Source: Botryllus schlosseri (lineage: Eukaryota). Taken from it: DNA of 64,000 nucleotides. The notes beneath the pieces are model-generated. The model was given only the letters and a program-made list of their open reading frames with translations. It had not been told where the DNA came from and made no database searches. The stretch is taken from assembly GCA_051294905.1 (NCBI GenBank), contig CM119381.1, positions 19,406,001-19,470,000 of the forward strand, in the 5' to 3' direction. The translations under genes and the position numbers were made by a program. Every line of letters starts with the position of its first letter. The stretch's first letter is position 1. This document shows, piece by piece, positions 60,701 through 64,000 of this stretch.

Positions 60701-63700
60701 TAGTTTTTACTTCACAAAAGAGAATAATTGAATAGGTGACTGGCGGTACTAAACTTGAATATTGCTTGCAGGAATGAATTCATTGCATTTATTTTACTGT
60801 TATGTATCTGTTGACGCGTTTTTGTGTGTGTATTGTACAACTTGATTCTCACAGATTTCCCTGTTATGACTATGACATAGTTTCCGATACAGTCCCATCG
60901 TAGCATCATAAATTGCCAAATTGGGTTTCATTTCAATCTCTATTTATATACTTGTTATTGTGCCATTAAGATGCCGAGTTAAATAAATTATACCGCAATG
61001 AATATCATCCTGAAAACAATACGTAGGAACGAGTAAGCGATTTGACTTCTGTAACAGATCGAGTAGGAGTAACAATAGTTTTGTAACTAAAACCGTTAAT
61101 GGTAATACTTCTTGTAGAAGAAATATATCGTTGACAGTCTTTGATCCCAGGTCTTTCCAAATTTAGACTCAAGCTGATTAATAACCCACTTGTAGCGAGA
61201 CCGTACTTTATCCTGTATGTGTGATGTTTCAGAATCTTACAAGGTTGGACCAAGATCATTCTATGATGGAACGTGTTGCTCTGCAAAGAACAAACTCCGT
61301 ACCAGAACTCATCAGGACTGACTCTTACGAAGAATTGAAAGTAATTTATCGCGATAATATTCCTACATTCCCATTGTCTTGAATGAAATACCTGCTCATT
61401 CTGTCAAGTGTTGCTTGGCTTACCCTTGCATATAGACACCGTCACGGTCACACCTCACTCTCCGTAAACACACCCTAATACATTGGCAACATTCAGACAG
61501 CATTGTGGCTATGATGTGGTGTCCATCATCACATGTGGTGTCCATCATGTCCATCATCTGATTGCAGGAATTTATTCAGCCCGTACTAGTAATTTCTTTC
61601 GATTGCATGTTATTAGTGGATAATAATTACCGATGTTGTTACCAGATTCCATCGAACATCAAGTAATAAAAATTCTTGACAAATGATTTACAATTTCATA
61701 ATTATTTTATGGTTTGACTACACTAACATCGCTGCTTCCGTTTTTTCAGATCGAGACCAATTATTCGACTGCAATGCTGGAACTCAGCCAGCAGCGTGCA
61801 CAAGCTATGCAAAAGGAGCAGGAAGCCCTTCTTTTACAGTCGGCGGCCAACATACAACCAGTCAGGTCTAGAATTGAGAGAGAAAGCACGATCCAATTGA
61901 GCACTCCCGCAAACTCGGAGATAAAGGTGATTGCTTTTCGTCAATTTTTCCGGACAACGACTCACGTCTCGCTGTCGTTCAGACGATCAAAACGAGCAGA
62001 CCGTCGAAGCCCATTTTGCCTGAGAAGAAAATTAGCGAGGCGGAACTGTCTCGCATCGGTGGTCAGGCGTATGTTCCGTACTCGAGAAAAACGAACAAGA
62101 AGGTTAGTCGATTCATTATTTATTGTAGATTGAGATAGGCCTACCTATCGCGACTGATATTGCTGTCTTTCCAGTTTACAATTTGAGACCATGAAATGGC
62201 TCGATACAGAACCTCCCAAGTGTAAGTTTCGCAGAGGTGGTCAAATCAGCCAGCGTTAATACTCAAGTAGAAGTAGAAGTAGCATTACCGAAATATGCCA
62301 AAACTGCTTTGAATGGAAATAGAAATGGAGGTGTAAAAAGTACTAACGTAATTAGTTTCAAGATGTAGATTTGTTTGACGGATCACATGCTTTTAGCAGT
62401 TCATTGAAAATGAGTATTTTTGGAATTGGAGGGTGCCCCTTTGTGACTGGCGCAGAATGACAAATGACCTTACAAATATGCGCAATTTTCTAAAATACGT
62501 TCAGTTATCGTGATGCGAGGAAGTTTCGTCCGGTTTTTATGACGATTTCATTCGTAAGATTTATGCAAACATATCCCCAAAACTTCTTTCTACTTCTCTA
62601 CGTGGGAAAAACAAAACAACCTTTGCCGGACCGCATAAAACAGCATGTCCCTAGATTTATTTGAACAAGGCGCATCTTGTTTGTTGAAAGACTCACCCTT
62701 GACTCATCCCCTCAAGCTTGATTCAGAACAGACAATTTTAAGCCATAAATTTTGCCATTGCCAAACATTTGTTGGAAATCCTGTTTGCGTGAAAAATTTT
62801 TGGGACAACAGATTTCGTGTTGTCGTTTGCCTTTCACACTTTCATTTGGGCACCTTTGAACCGATTTTTTATCAAAATACACCAACCAAGCCTATGTCTA
62901 CATAAGGAGTTTGTGTACCATCTAAAAATATTGCATTGAGCTTGAGCGGTCTCTCCGCCACGATTATTCAAAATTTCATGCCGGTGACGTCATATTCATG
63001 ATACGATTGTTGATATACAATGTTCTTTCCAATTCTCTACTGGTTGCTGACGATTACCTCTGACGTGTGTCAGCCGAAAATATTCGGACTCATTTCAATA
63101 TGAATATACTATTCAATTGTATATTGAAGTTCTGTACCTCCAAGAAGCACTTCTCTAAATCCACAATTTAGAAAGCAAGCAGTTTTGCCTAAAAAGCTGG
63201 GAAGTACAAGCGGAAGCAACACAAGTTCGCTAAACCTACTTCAGCGCTCTGAAAAAGTAGAAGTACTACTGATCGTATCTCAATTTTTGAGTATTAACAT
63301 GTTGGCAATGACATTTGATGGTGAAACGTCCGGCTTCTTCATCGGTAGGCCGTGGGTTCGATCCTCGGAGGGGTCAGACCAAAGACCTGATTAGTAACAC
63401 TGGTATCCATGATTTCCCGCTTGGCGCTCAGCATTACTGGGATAGCATGAAAGGGTGGTGCAAGAACTAGGAAGCCTCATAAGGCTATATCTGCACGTTC
63501 CTTGTCCAGCGGCATATGCACACCATGCACTCATGGTATACATATGCACAGATCGTGTGTATGTATATCATGAGTCGGTGTATATGCCGCAAAAAACATC
63601 CAGGACAAAAATAAACAGCGTCCTATTCCTATTTGCATCATAAATTTTAACACAAGTATTTCACTGTCAAATCTTGAATGTTTCACTCCGTACTTTCCAG

Positions 63701-63882
63701 CGTGGCAAAAAAAACACGGCAATAGCCGAAGAGGCTCGGAAACTCCTTTCTACATATAACCCGACTCGATTGAAACGATCAAAATCGATTGAGGCTATGC
63801 CCTCTGTCGTAGAGCAACGGGCCAAGTTTTCCGGGAATAACCGAGTGTCTGCTGTCTTGCCAAACAGACAGCGCAGTCGCAG
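51788..63882 (+). CDS. Long uncharacterised multi-exon protein, probably 3'-incomplete; exons 51788-52382, 52747-52828, 52898-53027, 56301-56433, 56494-56607, 56670-56801, 57830-58163, 58825-59010, 59287-59437, 60273-60374, 61233-61340, 61750-61926, 61983-62068, 62175-62221, and probably 63701-63882
   Basis: The first 14 exons are GT-AG and phase-compatible with an open frame. The exon at 63701 is open only in phase 0, so an intervening exon is probably missing from the model. The protein is mostly low-complexity with helical islands; I cannot assign a family. Confidence 0.65.
54173..55611. mobile_element. Possible non-autonomous piggyBac-like element
   Basis: TTAA-CCCTTTCGCCGCGG at the left and CCGCGGAGATAGGG-TTAA at the right: a 14-bp TIR with 2 mismatches, TTAA on both sides. 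No transposase. Confidence 0.45.
55469..55549 (+). pseudogene. Degenerate tRNA-like sequence (tRNA pseudogene or SINE head)
   Basis: A box TAGCTCAGTTGG, B box GGTTCAAGTCC and acceptor stem TCCGAGT/GTTCGGA are present, but the D, anticodon and T stems do not pair properly. Confidence 0.5.
55985..56205. repeat. GACTCGAGTC-palindrome-rich dispersed repeat; related patch near 40510-40560
   Basis: Several GACTCGAGTC/CGAGTC motifs within 220 bp. Confidence 0.5.
57033..57296. repeat. Near-perfect 97-bp inverted repeat with a 70-nt spacer (MITE-like hairpin)
   Basis: 57033-57129 is the reverse complement of 57200-57296 with only a few mismatches. Confidence 0.85.
63031..63149. mobile_element. Second Penelope-like pLTR fragment with a degenerate hammerhead
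   Basis: The core reads CTGACGT (A9 changed to T) and stem I is disrupted (ACCT/GGAC); otherwise it matches 31935-32020. Confidence 0.5.
63305..63520 (+). mobile_element. tRNA-derived SINE with a conserved central-domain-like segment
   Basis: B box GGTTCGATCC at 63355-63364 followed by GGGTCAGACCAAAGAC...TGGTATCCATGATTTCCCGCTTGGCGCTCAGCATTA, which resembles the core domain of widespread invertebrate SINEs. Boundaries are approximate. Confidence 0.6.
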
Positions 63883-64000
63883 GTAATGTAGTTCGGTTTC
63901 GAATATGAACCGCTCGCTGTACAATGTACGTGTTCCGTGTCTCACAGCCTTCCGCGTGCGAATAATTTTCGGCGATTTCTCCATCGTCACGGCAATCCAG

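Noticed and set aside
61510-61560. Short tandem duplication ATGTGGTGTCCATCAT
   Set aside because: About two and a half copies; ordinary replication slippage, not a CRISPR-like array.
1-64000. CRISPR arrays, rRNA genes, prokaryotic operons or defence systems
   Set aside because: The sequence is spliceosomal-intron-containing animal DNA; no repeat-spacer arrays or rRNA-like segments were seen.

Overview
This is eukaryotic, intron-containing DNA of roughly 37-40% GC (estimated by eye) with many 55-65 nt GT-AG introns. The gene set and compact layout suggest an invertebrate chordate, probably an ascidian, but that is inference only. From left to right: an apparently intact hAT-like DDE transposase ORF open at the window edge; VRK1 (-, 8 exons traced) directly downstream of an intronless LACTB2 (-); a single-exon 1112-aa AKNA-like ORF (+) followed by a 110-aa copy of its own C-terminus; and a 14-exon TBC/Rab-GAP-like coiled-coil gene (+, 18802-45152). 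A 17.6 kb intron of that gene holds three antisense genes: an ECT2-like DH-PH RhoGEF that lacks BRCT domains and instead starts with an MGNC lipidation motif plus two dileucine signals, and two paralogous small multi-TM proteins. Further right are intronless EIF1 and COX16 in an operon-like tandem, a foldback element built from head-to-head TTAGGG-containing minisatellites, and a long uncharacterised multi-exon gene (+, from 51788, probably running off the right edge). Introns and intergenic DNA carry several non-autonomous hAT elements with perfect 8-bp TSDs (one only 24 bp long), an L2/CR1-type LINE 3' fragment, tRNA-derived SINE-like pieces and a minimal hammerhead ribozyme in a Penelope-like repeat. 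All exon models were built by hand from splice signals and reading-frame compatibility and need RNA-seq confirmation. No CRISPR array or rRNA gene was seen.
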